A stretch of 41,002 nucleotides of DNA from Candidatus Sericytochromatia bacterium (GTDB lineage Bacteria > Cyanobacteriota > Sericytochromatia > S15B-MN24 > JAQBPE01): positions 1 through 41,002 of the forward strand of contig JAYKHR010000019.1 in the NCBI GenBank assembly GCA_035285125.1, in the 5' to 3' direction. The notes beneath the pieces were generated by a model. It did no database searches and was not told where the DNA came from. It saw only the letters and a list, made by a program, of their open reading frames with translations. The translations under genes and the position numbers were made by a program. Positions 26,357-36,035 of this stretch are shown here, piece after piece. Positions within the stretch are counted from its first letter, which is position 1. Each line of letters opens with the position of its first letter.

Positions 26357-26509
26357 GGGGTTGGCCTCCTGCGTTGCCGGGCTGGGCTGAGCCATGCCGT
26401 CGGCATGTGGTCGGGCGCACTGAAGGCCCGACCCTTCCATGGGATCATGGCTTCGGCGAGTTTGCCAAGCGTTATGTTGGGGAATACGGCCCCCAGGAGA
26501 CCCGAGACG

Positions 26510-26617
26510 ATGCCCGAGCCCGTACGCCGCCTGCTCCAGTCCGCGCTGCTCGTGGCGGCTGGCCTGTGGCTTGCGGCCTGTCGCGGCGGCCTCGGGAACC
26601 TGTTCGACGTCAACTGA
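26510..26617 (+). CDS. 35-aa putative micro-lipoprotein
   Basis: TATGTT -10-like box at 26473, AGGAG 26495-26499, ATG 26510; MPEPVRRLLQSALLVAAGLWLAAC-RGGLGNLFDVN*. Confidence 0.55.
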   Translation: MPEPVRRLLQSALLVAAGLWLAACRGGLGNLFDVN

Positions 26618-26711
26618 GGCCCCCGCCGCGTCCCTTGCCTGCCCGGAACGCCCCGGGCCGGCAGGCGGGCCCCCCGGCCGTCGTGTAGAATGGACGGCCG
26701 AGTCCCCCGTT

Positions 26712-28568
26712 ATGTCTCACGTCGACAGCGCCCACGCCCCCCGCGTGCTTCCCGAGAACCTCCAGCACCGGCTGGTGACGCTCCCCGCGTCGCCGGGCGT
26801 CTATCTTATGAAGGGCGCCGATGGGACCATCCTCTATGTAGGCAAGGCCGTGGTCCTCAAGCACCGCGTGCGCTCGTACTTCCAGAGCGGCAAGGCCCTC
26901 AGCCCCAAGATCCGGCTGATGGTGGCCAACGTGGCCGACCTCGAGACGATCACCACCCGCAACGAGCTTGAGGCCCTCGTGCTCGAGGCCAACCTGATCA
27001 AGCACCACCGGCCACACTTCAACGCTCTGATGAAGGACGACAAGGCCTACCCCTTCCTGAAGCTGACGGTGCAGGACGACTTCCCCCGCCTGACGGTGGT
27101 CCGGCAACGGTTGGACGATGGCGCGCGGTACTTCGGCCCCTACCCTGACGGGACGGGGCTCAACCACGCCCTGCACCTCATCCAGAAGCTGTTCCCACTC
27201 CGCAAGCGGCGCACGCCGCAGTTCCGCGACAGGGTCTGCCTGAATTTTCACCTGGGGCGTTGCCTCGGGCCCTGCCAGGGGCTGGCGGACCAGGCCCGCT
27301 ACGGCGCCATGGTAGAGGAGGTCGCGCAGTTCCTGCAGGGGCGGCACGAGGGCATCGTCTCGCGCCTTCGGCGGGAGATGGGACAGGCCGCCGAGGCCCT
27401 GGATTTCGAGCGGGCTGCTGCGCTGCGCGACCAGCTGGCCTCGCTGGAGGCCTTCCGGCAGCGCCAGAAGGTCGTGGGGGACCCCGAGGACGACCAGGAC
27501 GCCGTGGGGCTGGCCGTGGACGAGCACCGGGCGGTCTTCCAGCTTTTCCAGGTGCGCCAGGGGAAGGTGATCGGGCGGCTGGCTTACGAGCTGCCGGCCG
27601 AGGGCGACGAGGCCGCCGAGTTGCTGGAGACCTTCCTCACGCAGTATTACGGTCAGGCGACGGACCTGCCCCGGGAGGTGCTGCTGCCGATGGCCGTCGA
27701 GGGGCAGGCCGTGCTGGGCGAGTGGCTGACGCAGCGACGGGGGGTCAAGGTGGGCGTGCTGACGCCGCAGCGGGGGGCCCGCAGGGACCTCCTCGATCTG
27801 GTGGCCCGCAACGCCGAGCAGGAGCGGACCCGGCTCGCCCTCGTCGCCCTCGCCTCGTCGCGATCGGCCGCGGTGGGGGGGCCTGCTGCGCTTGCCGAGG
27901 CGCTGGAGCTCCCGGAGGTGCCCCGGCGCATCGAATGCTTCGACATCTCGCACCTGGGGGGCACGGACATCGTCGCCTCGATGGTGGTCTTTGTCGATGG
28001 CCGGCCGGCCAAGGACGCCTACAGGCGCTTCAAGTTGAAGACGGTGCACGACAATGACGACTTCGCCTCGATGCGGGAGATCGTGGCGAGGCGCTTCCAG
28101 CGCAGCAAGGATGGCGACTGGCCGTGGCCGGACCTCGTCATCATCGACGGCGGAAAGGGCCAGCTCAACGCCGCCCTGCAGGCCCTCGACGTCGTCGGCG
28201 TGGCGCGGCCGGCGATCGTGGGGCTCGCGAAGCGCGAGGAGGAGCTGTTCCGGCCGCACGCCGACGCCTCGCAGCCCTGGACCTCGCTGCGGCTGCCGGC
28301 CGGCTCGCCGGCGCTGCACCTCGTGCAGCAGGTGCGCGACGAGGCCCACCGGTTCGCTGTCACCTTCCAGCGCCAGCTGCGCGGCAAGCGAATGGTGGCC
28401 TCCGTGCTGGACGGGGTCGAAGGGGTGGGGCCCGCCCGCAAGAAGGCGCTCCTGAAGCGATTTGGGTCGGTGGCCGCCATGCGGGCGCTCACGCGCGACG
28501 ACCTTGTCGCGCAGGCCGGCCTGCCGGCGCGGGTGGTCGAGGCTTTGTACGAGGCGTTGCATGCGTGA
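26712..28568 (+). CDS. uvrC: Excinuclease ABC subunit C
   Basis: GIY-YIG PGVYLM...YVGKA...RVRSYF, EALVLEANLIK; UVR FERAAALRD; RIECFDISH, DGGKGQL, RDEAHRFA; C-terminal HhH. Confidence 0.97.
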   Translation: MSHVDSAHAPRVLPENLQHRLVTLPASPGVYLMKGADGTILYVGKAVVLKHRVRSYFQSGKALSPKIRLMVANVADLETITTRNELEALVLEANLIKHHRPHFNALMKDDKAYPFLKLTVQDDFPRLTVVRQRLDDGARYFGPYPDGTGLNHALHLIQKLFPLRKRRTPQFRDRVCLNFHLGRCLGPCQGLADQARYGAMVEEVAQFLQGRHEGIVSRLRREMGQAAEALDFERAAALRDQLASLEAFRQRQKVVGDPEDDQDAVGLAVDEHRAVFQLFQVRQGKVIGRLAYELPAEGDEAAELLETFLTQYYGQATDLPREVLLPMAVEGQAVLGEWLTQRRGVKVGVLTPQRGARRDLLDLVARNAEQERTRLALVALASSRSAAVGGPAALAEALELPEVPRRIECFDISHLGGTDIVASMVVFVDGRPAKDAYRRFKLKTVHDNDDFASMREIVARRFQRSKDGDWPWPDLVIIDGGKGQLNAALQALDVVGVARPAIVGLAKREEELFRPHADASQPWTSLRLPAGSPALHLVQQVRDEAHRFAVTFQRQLRGKRMVASVLDGVEGVGPARKKALLKRFGSVAAMRALTRDDLVAQAGLPARVVEALYEALHA

Positions 28569-29757
28569 CTTGATGGCCCACTTCGCGCGGCTCGGCCTCG
28601 TGGCCGTGGCGCTGGCCGCGTCGCTGGCCCTCCCCATGCCCGGGGAGGCGCGCTCGTTGCGGGCGCGCGAGAGCGACCTGCAGCGCCAGCAGCGCATCAT
28701 CGCCGAGCAACTCGCCGAGAAGCGCCTGTTGCTGCAGCAGCTCAAAGCTAAGGAGCACCACGCCGTGCAGGACCTCACGGTCGTGCAGCAGCGGCTCGAA
28801 CAGACGTCCACGGAGCTTCAGGACAGCCAGTTCAGGCTGCGCAAGGCGGAGCACCGGCTCAGCCTGACGGCTGGCCAGCTCCAGTCCGCGGAGTCCCGCC
28901 TGCGGCGGCAACAGGACTCGGCCGCCGCGCGGCTGCGGGCCATCTACAAGAACCGCGCGCTCGACGGCTGGGAGGCCCTGCTGACGGCCCCCGACATGAC
29001 GACCTTCCTCACGCGCTACCAGTACTTCAAGCGCATCAGCGAGCACGACGCCACGATGCTCGACGACCTGTTCCGCACCCGGCGGGCGATCAACCAGCAG
29101 CGTGAGCAGTTCGCGCTTCAGCGCTGGAACATCGCGCGCGTCACGCAGGCCATCGGCACGCAGAAGCTTCACCTCACCGACCTCGAGGGGAGCAAGAAGG
29201 TGCTCGTCTCCAAGATCAAAACGGAGCGCCAGGCGGCCGAGCAGGTGGTGGCCCAGCTCGAGGCCGACAACGCCTCGCTCGCCGCGATGATCCAGCGGAT
29301 CATCGCTCAGCGGCGGGCCCTGGAGCTCGCGGCGCGCCGCAACCCCCGCTACGTGAGGCCCTTCATCGGCACGGGCCGGTTCATGTGGCCGGTCGCGGGC
29401 GTCATCACCTCCCCCTTCGGACAGCGGATGCACCCCATCCTCGGTCGCTACGTCTCGCACCACGGCATCGACTTCGGGGCCGCCAGCGGCACCCCCATCT
29501 ACGCCTCCGACAGCGGCGAGGTCATCTACGCCGGCTGGTACGGGGGCTACGGCAAGGTCGTCATCATCGACCATGGCAAGGAGCTGACGACGCTGTACGG
29601 CCACACCTCGAGCTACGTCGTCAGCGCGGGCGCTCGCGTCCGCAAGGGGCAGGTCGTCGCTTACGTGGGCTCCACGGGGATGAGCACGGGGCCTCACCTG
29701 CACTTCGAGATTCGCAGCAACGGGGCCGCCGTGAACCCTGCGGCCTACATCCGCTGA
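28561..29757 (+). CDS. Coiled-coil M23 (LytM) peptidase, EnvC-like architecture
   Basis: Signal peptide, long coiled coil, WPVAGVITSPFG, HHGIDF, YGH, STGPHLHFE; start ATG 28561 or 28573. Confidence 0.9.
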   Translation: MRDLMAHFARLGLVAVALAASLALPMPGEARSLRARESDLQRQQRIIAEQLAEKRLLLQQLKAKEHHAVQDLTVVQQRLEQTSTELQDSQFRLRKAEHRLSLTAGQLQSAESRLRRQQDSAAARLRAIYKNRALDGWEALLTAPDMTTFLTRYQYFKRISEHDATMLDDLFRTRRAINQQREQFALQRWNIARVTQAIGTQKLHLTDLEGSKKVLVSKIKTERQAAEQVVAQLEADNASLAAMIQRIIAQRRALELAARRNPRYVRPFIGTGRFMWPVAGVITSPFGQRMHPILGRYVSHHGIDFGAASGTPIYASDSGEVIYAGWYGGYGKVVIIDHGKELTTLYGHTSSYVVSAGARVRKGQVVAYVGSTGMSTGPHLHFEIRSNGAAVNPAAYIR

Positions 29758-29894
29758 GCGCCCGGTGGGCAACGCTCGCTTCTGGCCATGGGACGGGGGC
29801 CGCGCTATGCTGGCACTCCGTTCTCGGCGTTACATCGCGCCCGCCGGGCGGTATACTCCAGCAGTCCAAGTGCGGTCCAGAGGATAGCCTGAAC

Positions 29895-31103
29895 ATGAGA
29901 GAAAAGTTCGCCAGCTACGCGCTCGTTGGCGCCTTGATGCTGGGTTCGTACGGCCTCGGCGTGACGAAGTCGCCGCTGATGGTTCGGGCGGAGTCGGCCA
30001 GCTTCGCGACCTTCTTGCAGGTGTACGACCTCATCAAGAGCGAGTACGTCGAGCAGAACCTCAAGGACACGGACCTCGTCTATGGCGCGATCCGGGGCAT
30101 GCTGGGGGCCCTGGACGACCCCTACACGCGCTTCATGGACCCGAAGGCCTTCCAGAGCATGCAAGACGAGCGGCAGGGTTCATTCGGCGGCATCGGCATC
30201 CAGATCGGCATCAAGGACGGCAAGCTCACCGTCATCGCGCCCATGGAAGGCACGCCGGCGTTCCGCGCCGGCCTCAAGGCTGGCGACCACATTGTCGAGA
30301 TCGACGGCAAGGCCACCCACCACATGGCTGAGGCCGAGGCCGTCTCCCTCATCCGCGGCCAGCGCGGCTCCAAGGTCACGCTCACCATCAAGCGCCAGGG
30401 CGCCACGAGCAACCAGAAGGTGCCGATCGTCCGCGACAACATCGTCACCAAGGCCGTCAAGGTCGAGGAGATGGATGGGAACATCGGCTACATCAGGCTC
30501 TCCACCTTCATGAGCAACGAGGCCGGCACCGAGGTGAAGCAGGCCCTGGAGCGCTTCAAGAAGAAGGACGGCATCATCCTCGACCTGCGCGGCAACCCCG
30601 GTGGGCTGCTGCCCAACGCGGTGGACATCGGGTCGATGTTCATTCCTTCCGGTCCCATCGTGCAACTGGTGGACCGCAACGGTGGCAAGCAGAACCTGAA
30701 GGCCAACGGGCGCACCGTCGTCGATGAGGACCAGCCCGTCGTCGTGCTTGTGGACGGCGGCAGCGCCAGCGCCTCGGAGATCCTCGCGGGCGCACTTCAG
30801 GACAACAAGCGCGCCACCCTCGTGGGGACCAAGACCTTCGGCAAGGGCTTGGTGCAGACCGTCCACTCGCTGTCCGACGGCTCCGGTGTGGCCATCACCA
30901 CCCAGAAGTACCTGACGTCGCACGGCCACGACATCAACAAGAAGGGCGTGATTCCCGACGTCGTCGTCGAGCTGCCCAAGGTCAAGCTCGACAAGCAGGG
31001 GAACCCCGACCCCAACGAGATCAAGAAGCTCAAGGACACCCAGCTTGAACGCGCCAAGACGCTGATCCGGAGCGACGTCGCGCGGCGCGTCGGGCGCCGC
31101 TGA
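29895..31103 (+). CDS. ctpA: S41 family C-terminal processing protease
   Basis: LDDPYTRF, PDZ GIGIQ, GYIRLSTF, LDLRGNPGG, SASASEI, GTKTFGKG. Confidence 0.92.
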   Translation: MREKFASYALVGALMLGSYGLGVTKSPLMVRAESASFATFLQVYDLIKSEYVEQNLKDTDLVYGAIRGMLGALDDPYTRFMDPKAFQSMQDERQGSFGGIGIQIGIKDGKLTVIAPMEGTPAFRAGLKAGDHIVEIDGKATHHMAEAEAVSLIRGQRGSKVTLTIKRQGATSNQKVPIVRDNIVTKAVKVEEMDGNIGYIRLSTFMSNEAGTEVKQALERFKKKDGIILDLRGNPGGLLPNAVDIGSMFIPSGPIVQLVDRNGGKQNLKANGRTVVDEDQPVVVLVDGGSASASEILAGALQDNKRATLVGTKTFGKGLVQTVHSLSDGSGVAITTQKYLTSHGHDINKKGVIPDVVVELPKVKLDKQGNPDPNEIKKLKDTQLERAKTLIRSDVARRVGRR

Positions 31104-31199
31104 AGGCGCATCTGGATTCGTAAAACTTCACAGATCGGCGCGCCCGGCGGGTATATAATGGGCTCGCCTCCGCACGACCACTTGATCGAGGTCCCGTCC

Positions 31200-32132
31200 G
31201 TGTCTTTCCAACGTCCGCTCGCGGCTCTCTCCGGCGTGGCCTTCACCTTGGCCGCAGCCGTGTCGCCCGCCCTCGCCCAAGAAGGTGAGTCTGCCACCCT
31301 GATGCAGGCCGGTGGCACGGTGCGGCTCTACACCACGGACTGGGCCACCATCAAGCCTGGCGGCACCGTCCACACCGGCGAGACGGTGAAGACCATGCCA
31401 GAGTCGTATGCCGAGTTCGTTCTGTCGGGTGGCTCGCGCCTCTCGCTGGGCGAGAGCTCCACCGTGCGCTTCGTCGAGCTCGACGGGCTGACACCGACGG
31501 TGCGCGTCGGGCGGGTGCGCGTCGTGGCGCCCCCCGAAGGCAACATCAACCTGATGGCGGGCACCCTCCGGATCTCGGGCGGCGACGCGGACGGTGTCAT
31601 CGAGCGGGCCGGCAGCGGCGGCTGGCGGATCTCCGTCCTGTCCGGCACCTTCAGGGTCTCGGATGCGGGCAAGAACCCGCAACTGCTGGAGGCCGGTCGG
31701 AGCGCCATCTTCGTGTCTGGCGGTCAGGAGCCGCGGTTCAACGTCATCACGCGGTCGGCCTACCAGGACCTCACGGCGGGCTTCGCCCCGGACGCCGCGG
31801 CTGCCCCCGACGCGCCGGCGCCTCGGGCTGCGGGGGCTCCGGACCCTTGGGTGGCGGCGGGCCTCTCGACGCTTCTGCCTGGAGCCGGCCAGATCTACAC
31901 CGGCGAGGTGCCGCGTGGCCTGCTGTACCTCGGCGCCGAGTTCGCGCTGCTTGGCGCAGGGGGCTACGGGGTGTTCACGGGGCAGCGGCAGCTTGCCCTG
32001 TACACGGGCCTGGGCCTGGTGGGGCTGAACGTGCTCAGCCCCATCGACGCCGCCTTCTCGGCGACGGTCGCAGAGCCCCGCAAGCCAGAGGGCGCCGCGC
32101 CCGCTCGCCCGGCCGACGCGTTCGCTCCCTGA
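31200..32132 (+). CDS. Exported FecR-like domain protein with C-terminal hydrophobic (TM2/DUF5683-like) region
   Basis: GAGGT before GTG 31200; signal peptide ending ALA-QE; GETVKT...AEFVLSGGSRLSLGESST; DPWVAAGLSTLLPGAGQIYTG plus two hydrophobic helices. Confidence 0.65.
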   Translation: MSFQRPLAALSGVAFTLAAAVSPALAQEGESATLMQAGGTVRLYTTDWATIKPGGTVHTGETVKTMPESYAEFVLSGGSRLSLGESSTVRFVELDGLTPTVRVGRVRVVAPPEGNINLMAGTLRISGGDADGVIERAGSGGWRISVLSGTFRVSDAGKNPQLLEAGRSAIFVSGGQEPRFNVITRSAYQDLTAGFAPDAAAAPDAPAPRAAGAPDPWVAAGLSTLLPGAGQIYTGEVPRGLLYLGAEFALLGAGGYGVFTGQRQLALYTGLGLVGLNVLSPIDAAFSATVAEPRKPEGAAPARPADAFAP

Positions 32133-32146
32133 TCCAGGCGGACCAG

Positions 32147-33046
32147 ATGGCGGTGCTGTTTCGACCAGGGCCACCGAGCGCGGGCGCGCGGGTCGGGCTG
32201 GCGTTGGCCTGGCTCGCCGGTTTACTGGCCCCCGGGCTGACGGGGTGCCAGGGCACGGGTGTGACCCTGGCGCCACAGAGCGTGCGTCGGGTGCCGGCGG
32301 CGTTGCTCACCCGGACCTCGTTCACCATCGCCCCGCTGGGCGCGTCCCTGCCCGACGCCACGCCGCTGCTGGCCCCCATCGCGGTCGTCGCGCCCGAGCC
32401 CGAGGCCGTGGCGACCGTCTCGCCCGTCCCCGCTGCGCCGGCTCCCTTGGCAGACCGGCTCAGCGTCCAGCGGGTGCGCGTCCTCGGCGTTGCCCGCGTG
32501 CCGGAAGACGCGACGGGCATGGCGAACGTGCGGGAGGGGTTCATCACCGGCACGCCCGTCGTGGTGCGCGACGCCCGCTCTGGGCGCCGCCTGGCTGAGG
32601 CCGTCACGTTCTACGACGGCAGCTTCACCCTCGACGTGCCGCTGGAGGGGGCCGCCCTCCCCGTGATTGTCTCGACCTCCCTCGTGGACGCCGCAGATCC
32701 CCGGGTCACGACGTCCATCACGGCGCCGGCAGTGCTGCGCCGGGACCAAGGCGAGCATCGCCTGGCGCTGACGCCCGGTTCCACGGCCCTGACGGCCTTT
32801 CTCGAGGCGGTGGCCGGGATCGAAAAAGGCACCACGCCGGACCTTTCTGGTTCGCTTGCCGACCCGGCCTTTGCCGCCGGGCCGCGCCTCGGCGCCCTCA
32901 TTGCCGGCATCGATGAGGGCGAACGGGAGAGCTTCGCGCGCCTCGCTGAGGCCGCGCCGGAGCTCAAGGCAGCCAGTGACGTGCCGACGCTGAGAGACGG
33001 CATTCGGCGCTTCGTCGGCCGCATCGCCGTGCGCAAGGCTGGCTGA
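32147..33046 (+). CDS. Lipoprotein of unknown function
   Basis: ATG 32147; hydrophobic stretch then LTGC; AVTFYDGSFTLDVP (carboxypeptidase-regulatory-like strand); start uncertain. Confidence 0.6.
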   Translation: MAVLFRPGPPSAGARVGLALAWLAGLLAPGLTGCQGTGVTLAPQSVRRVPAALLTRTSFTIAPLGASLPDATPLLAPIAVVAPEPEAVATVSPVPAAPAPLADRLSVQRVRVLGVARVPEDATGMANVREGFITGTPVVVRDARSGRRLAEAVTFYDGSFTLDVPLEGAALPVIVSTSLVDAADPRVTTSITAPAVLRRDQGEHRLALTPGSTALTAFLEAVAGIEKGTTPDLSGSLADPAFAAGPRLGALIAGIDEGERESFARLAEAAPELKAASDVPTLRDGIRRFVGRIAVRKAG

Positions 33047-33065
33047 AGGGGCACGGGCGGGCGTC

Positions 33066-33785
33066 GTGAAGCAGTGGATCGTCCCCGTCACCACCATCTC
33101 CATCATCACGGGCGTCCTGCTGTCCATCCAGTGGCGTTCCCAGGCGGATGCCCGCAAGGTGATGCCTTCCCGGCGCGTGGAGGACCTCGTGGTGCTGCTC
33201 AAGAGCACCGAGAAGGCCAACTCGCAGCTTGCGGAGCAGCTGACGGAGCTGCAGAGCCAGCTTGCTCGCGGGAAGCCTGCGCAGGGCGACGCCCCGCCCG
33301 GGCCGCCCTCGTCCCTGGACTACCCGGCGCTCGAGGGCCCCGGGCTCATCGTCACCGTCTCAGAGACGCCCACCGCCCGCAGCGTCGAGGACGAGGCCTC
33401 CGCCGTCGTGCACGCGGAGGACCTCCTGAAGATCGTCAACGAGCTCCGCACGGGCGGCGGGGAGGCGGTCTCCGTCAACGGCCATCGCATCACGGAGCTG
33501 TCGGAGATTGTCACGGCGGGACAGCACATCGTCATCAACCAGGTCCCCGTGCGAGCGCCCTACGTCATCCGTGCCATCGGGCCGGCCGAGGAGATGAAGA
33601 CCACCCTCGGGTTGCGTGGCGGGGTGGCCGAGTACCTGCAGTTTTACGGCATCCGGGTCGAGACCAAGGCCCTGGCGCGGGTCGTGGTCCCCGCCTTCGC
33701 GGGGCGCGCCTCCGGGCGAGCCACCCAGGCAGCCTCACGATCGCTGGGTACCCGCTCCCGGCGCCCCGCCGCACCGCGCGATTGA
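33066..33785 (+). CDS. DUF881 family protein
   Basis: N-terminal TM, coiled coil, LEGPGLIVTV, VHAEDLLKIVNELRTGGGEAVSVNGHRI, PYVIRAIG. Confidence 0.85.
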   Translation: MKQWIVPVTTISIITGVLLSIQWRSQADARKVMPSRRVEDLVVLLKSTEKANSQLAEQLTELQSQLARGKPAQGDAPPGPPSSLDYPALEGPGLIVTVSETPTARSVEDEASAVVHAEDLLKIVNELRTGGGEAVSVNGHRITELSEIVTAGQHIVINQVPVRAPYVIRAIGPAEEMKTTLGLRGGVAEYLQFYGIRVETKALARVVVPAFAGRASGRATQAASRSLGTRSRRPAAPRD

Positions 33786-33811
33786 CGCCCGCTCCAGCTC
33801 GCTTCTATAGT
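33782..33811 (+). promoter_or_regulatory. Sigma70-type promoter for ruvC (probably leaderless)
   Basis: TTGACG-18 nt-TATAGT, 7 nt before ATG 33819; no Shine-Dalgarno. Confidence 0.7.
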
Positions 33812-33818
33812 GGGTGTT

Positions 33819-34334
33819 ATGTTGATTCTCGGCATTGACCCCGGCACCGCGACCGTCGGCTTCGGCTACGTGGAGGTGTTGCCCGGTCAGCCCCCGCGGG
33901 CCCTGCAGTACGGGACCATCCAGACTGACAGGCACCTGACGGCGCCTGAGCGCCTCGCCATCACCTACGCCGACATGACGGAGCTGCTTGCGTCTCAGCG
34001 ACCCGACGTGATGGCCATCGAGGAGCTGTTCTTCCTCAAGAACGTCAACACGGCCATGCCCGTGGCCCAGGCCCGCGGCGTGATCCTGCTGGCTGCCGCC
34101 CACGCGGGCGTGCCCGTCTTCGGCTACAGCCCGGCCCAGGTCAAGATGACGGTCGCGGGGTCCGGCAAGGCCCGCAAGCCCGAAATCCAGGAGGCCATGC
34201 GCGACGAGCTATGCCTGCGCACCATCCCGCGCCCTGACGACGCGGCCGACGCCCTCGCCCTCGCCATCACCCACTGGCGGGTGCTGGAGGGGCGGGGCGA
34301 GTGGCCGATGGCCGTGCCCGGAGGTGCCGCGTGA
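33819..34334 (+). CDS. ruvC: Holliday junction resolvase RuvC
   Basis: ILGIDPG, AIEELFF, VAQARGV, YSPAQVK, GSGKARK, PDDAADALALA. Confidence 0.97.
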   Translation: MLILGIDPGTATVGFGYVEVLPGQPPRALQYGTIQTDRHLTAPERLAITYADMTELLASQRPDVMAIEELFFLKNVNTAMPVAQARGVILLAAAHAGVPVFGYSPAQVKMTVAGSGKARKPEIQEAMRDELCLRTIPRPDDAADALALAITHWRVLEGRGEWPMAVPGGAA

Positions 34335-34939
34335 TCGCCTCCCTTCGTGGCGCCTTGCTGCACGCCGGCAAGGACACGGCCGTGGTCGACGTCGGCGGCG
34401 TGGGCTACCAGGTGCTGCTGTCTGCCCGGCACCTCGCCACCCTGCCCGCCCTCGGGGAGCCCGTCCTGGTGCACACCCACCTGGTGGTGCGCGAGGACGC
34501 CCTCACCCTGGTGGGCTTTCCCAGCCCCGAGGAGCGCGAGCTGTTCCTGCTGCTGCACGGCGTCTCAGGCGTGGGGGCCAAGACGGCCCTCGGGGTGCTC
34601 TCGGCCCTGAGCGTGCCCGAGGTCGTGGCCGCCGTCGTCTCGCAGGACCCCCGGGCCCTGGCGCGGGCGCCCGGGGTCGGCAAGAAGACGGCGGAGCGCA
34701 TCATCCTGGAGCTTCGCGAGAAGCTCGCGGCCTGGCGGTCGGCCGAGGTCGGCGGCCTGGTGGGCGCCTTGAGGCGGCCCGTCGGCGCTGCCGACGGCCC
34801 CATGGATGAGGCGGTGCTGGCCCTGCTGGCGCTTGGCTACGGCGAGGAAGAGGCTGCGGAGGCCATCGCCATGGCTCCGCCTGGCGGCACGGTCGAGGAG
34901 ACCATCCGGACGGCGCTCGCGCACCTCTCGCGCTTCTGA
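34331..34939 (+). CDS. ruvA: Holliday junction branch migration protein RuvA
   Basis: MIASLRG, VGGVGY, VREDALTLVGF, VSGVGAKTAL, PGVGKKTAERIILEL, ALLALGY. Confidence 0.97.
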   Translation: MIASLRGALLHAGKDTAVVDVGGVGYQVLLSARHLATLPALGEPVLVHTHLVVREDALTLVGFPSPEERELFLLLHGVSGVGAKTALGVLSALSVPEVVAAVVSQDPRALARAPGVGKKTAERIILELREKLAAWRSAEVGGLVGALRRPVGAADGPMDEAVLALLALGYGEEEAAEAIAMAPPGGTVEETIRTALAHLSRF

Positions 34940-34946
34940 ACGCCCC

Positions 34947-36035
34947 CTACAGCCCCAGCCGCCGCCCGATGGCCGCGGCGTCCGCCGCCACGGGTTCGAC
35001 GCTGCCCGGCACCCGGCCGATGGCCGTGTCCGGATCCTTGAGCCCGTTGCCCGTCAGCACGCACACCACCGTCGAGCCTGGCGGGAAGGGCGCTTGCTGC
35101 GCACGCGCCAGCACGCCCGCCACGGAGGCCGCCGAGGCCGGCTCGCAGAAGATGCCCTCCTCGCGGGCCAGCGCGTCGTAGGCCGTGAGGATCTCGGCGT
35201 CCGTCACGGCTGCGATCGCGCCGCGCGAGGCCTCCCGCGCCTGCTCGGCGCAGCACCAGCTGGCCGGGTTGCCGATGCGAATGGCCGTGGCGATGGTCTC
35301 GGGCTTCGCCACGGGGGCCCCCTGGACGATCGGAGCCGCCCCCGCCGCCTGGAAGCCCAGCATCACGGGCTTGCGCCGCGCGAGCCCGGCGGCGTGGTAG
35401 GCCTCGAAACCCCGCCAGTAAGCCGTGATGTTGCCGGCGTTGCCGACGGGAATGGCCAGGAAGTCCGGCGCCTCGCCGAGCTGGTCGACGACCTCGAAGG
35501 CGCCTGTTTGCTGACCCTCGATGCGGTAAGGGTTCACGGAGTTCACGAGCGTGACGGGGTGGGTCTGCGCAAGTTCGCGCACGATCGCGAGGGCCTGGTC
35601 GAAGTTGCCGTCGATGGCGATGACGGTCGCGCCGTAGTGCAGGCCCTGGGCGAGCTTGCCGAGCGCCACGTAGCCGTGGGGCACCAGCATGAAGCAGCGC
35701 ACGCCCGCCCGCGCCGCGTAGGCCGCCATCGAGGCGGAGGTGTTACCCGTGGAAGCGCAGATGAGCGCCTGGCTGCCGGCCTCGACGGCCTTCGAGACGG
35801 CCATGGTCATCCCGCGGTCCTTGAAGGAGCCAGTGGGGTTGGCGCCCTCCAGCTTGAAGAACAGCCTGACGTCGACGCCGAGGCGTCGCTGGAGCCGCTC
35901 GGCGGGCACGAGGGGGGTGTTGCCCTCGTGCAGCGTCACGATGGGGGAGCTGGGCGTGAGCGAGAGGAAGCGCCGATAGCGCGCCAGCAGCCCGGGCCAG
36001 TGGGTGGGAGGGGCCTCGAGGGTCGGGGGGGTCAC
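34947..36035 (-). CDS. thrC: Threonine synthase
   Basis: [59 protein letters not shown]. Confidence 0.96.
   Translation of the reverse strand: MTPPTLEAPPTHWPGLLARYRRFLSLTPSSPIVTLHEGNTPLVPAERLQRRLGVDVRLFFKLEGANPTGSFKDRGMTMAVSKAVEAGSQALICASTGNTSASMAAYAARAGVRCFMLVPHGYVALGKLAQGLHYGATVIAIDGNFDQALAIVRELAQTHPVTLVNSVNPYRIEGQQTGAFEVVDQLGEAPDFLAIPVGNAGNITAYWRGFEAYHAAGLARRKPVMLGFQAAGAAPIVQGAPVAKPETIATAIRIGNPASWCCAEQAREASRGAIAAVTDAEILTAYDALAREEGIFCEPASAASVAGVLARAQQAPFPPGSTVVCVLTGNGLKDPDTAIGRVPGSVEPVAADAAAIGRRLGL

Noticed and set aside
25880..26509. 245-aa plus-strand ORF 25880-26617 as a whole
   Set aside because: Mostly antisense to the DUF327 gene; only the last 35 codons have their own RBS and a signal-peptide pattern.
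31158..31199. ATG 31158 as start of the FecR-like gene
   Set aside because: It overlaps the TATAAT box; GTG 31200 has an RBS and gives a clean signal peptide.
20769..33818. Shared LexA/SOS box upstream of the repair genes
   Set aside because: Fragments such as GGTACGCTGAAC (mutL) and GAACCTGTTC (before uvrC) do not fit the spacing of the LexA boxes I know and are not shared between genes.
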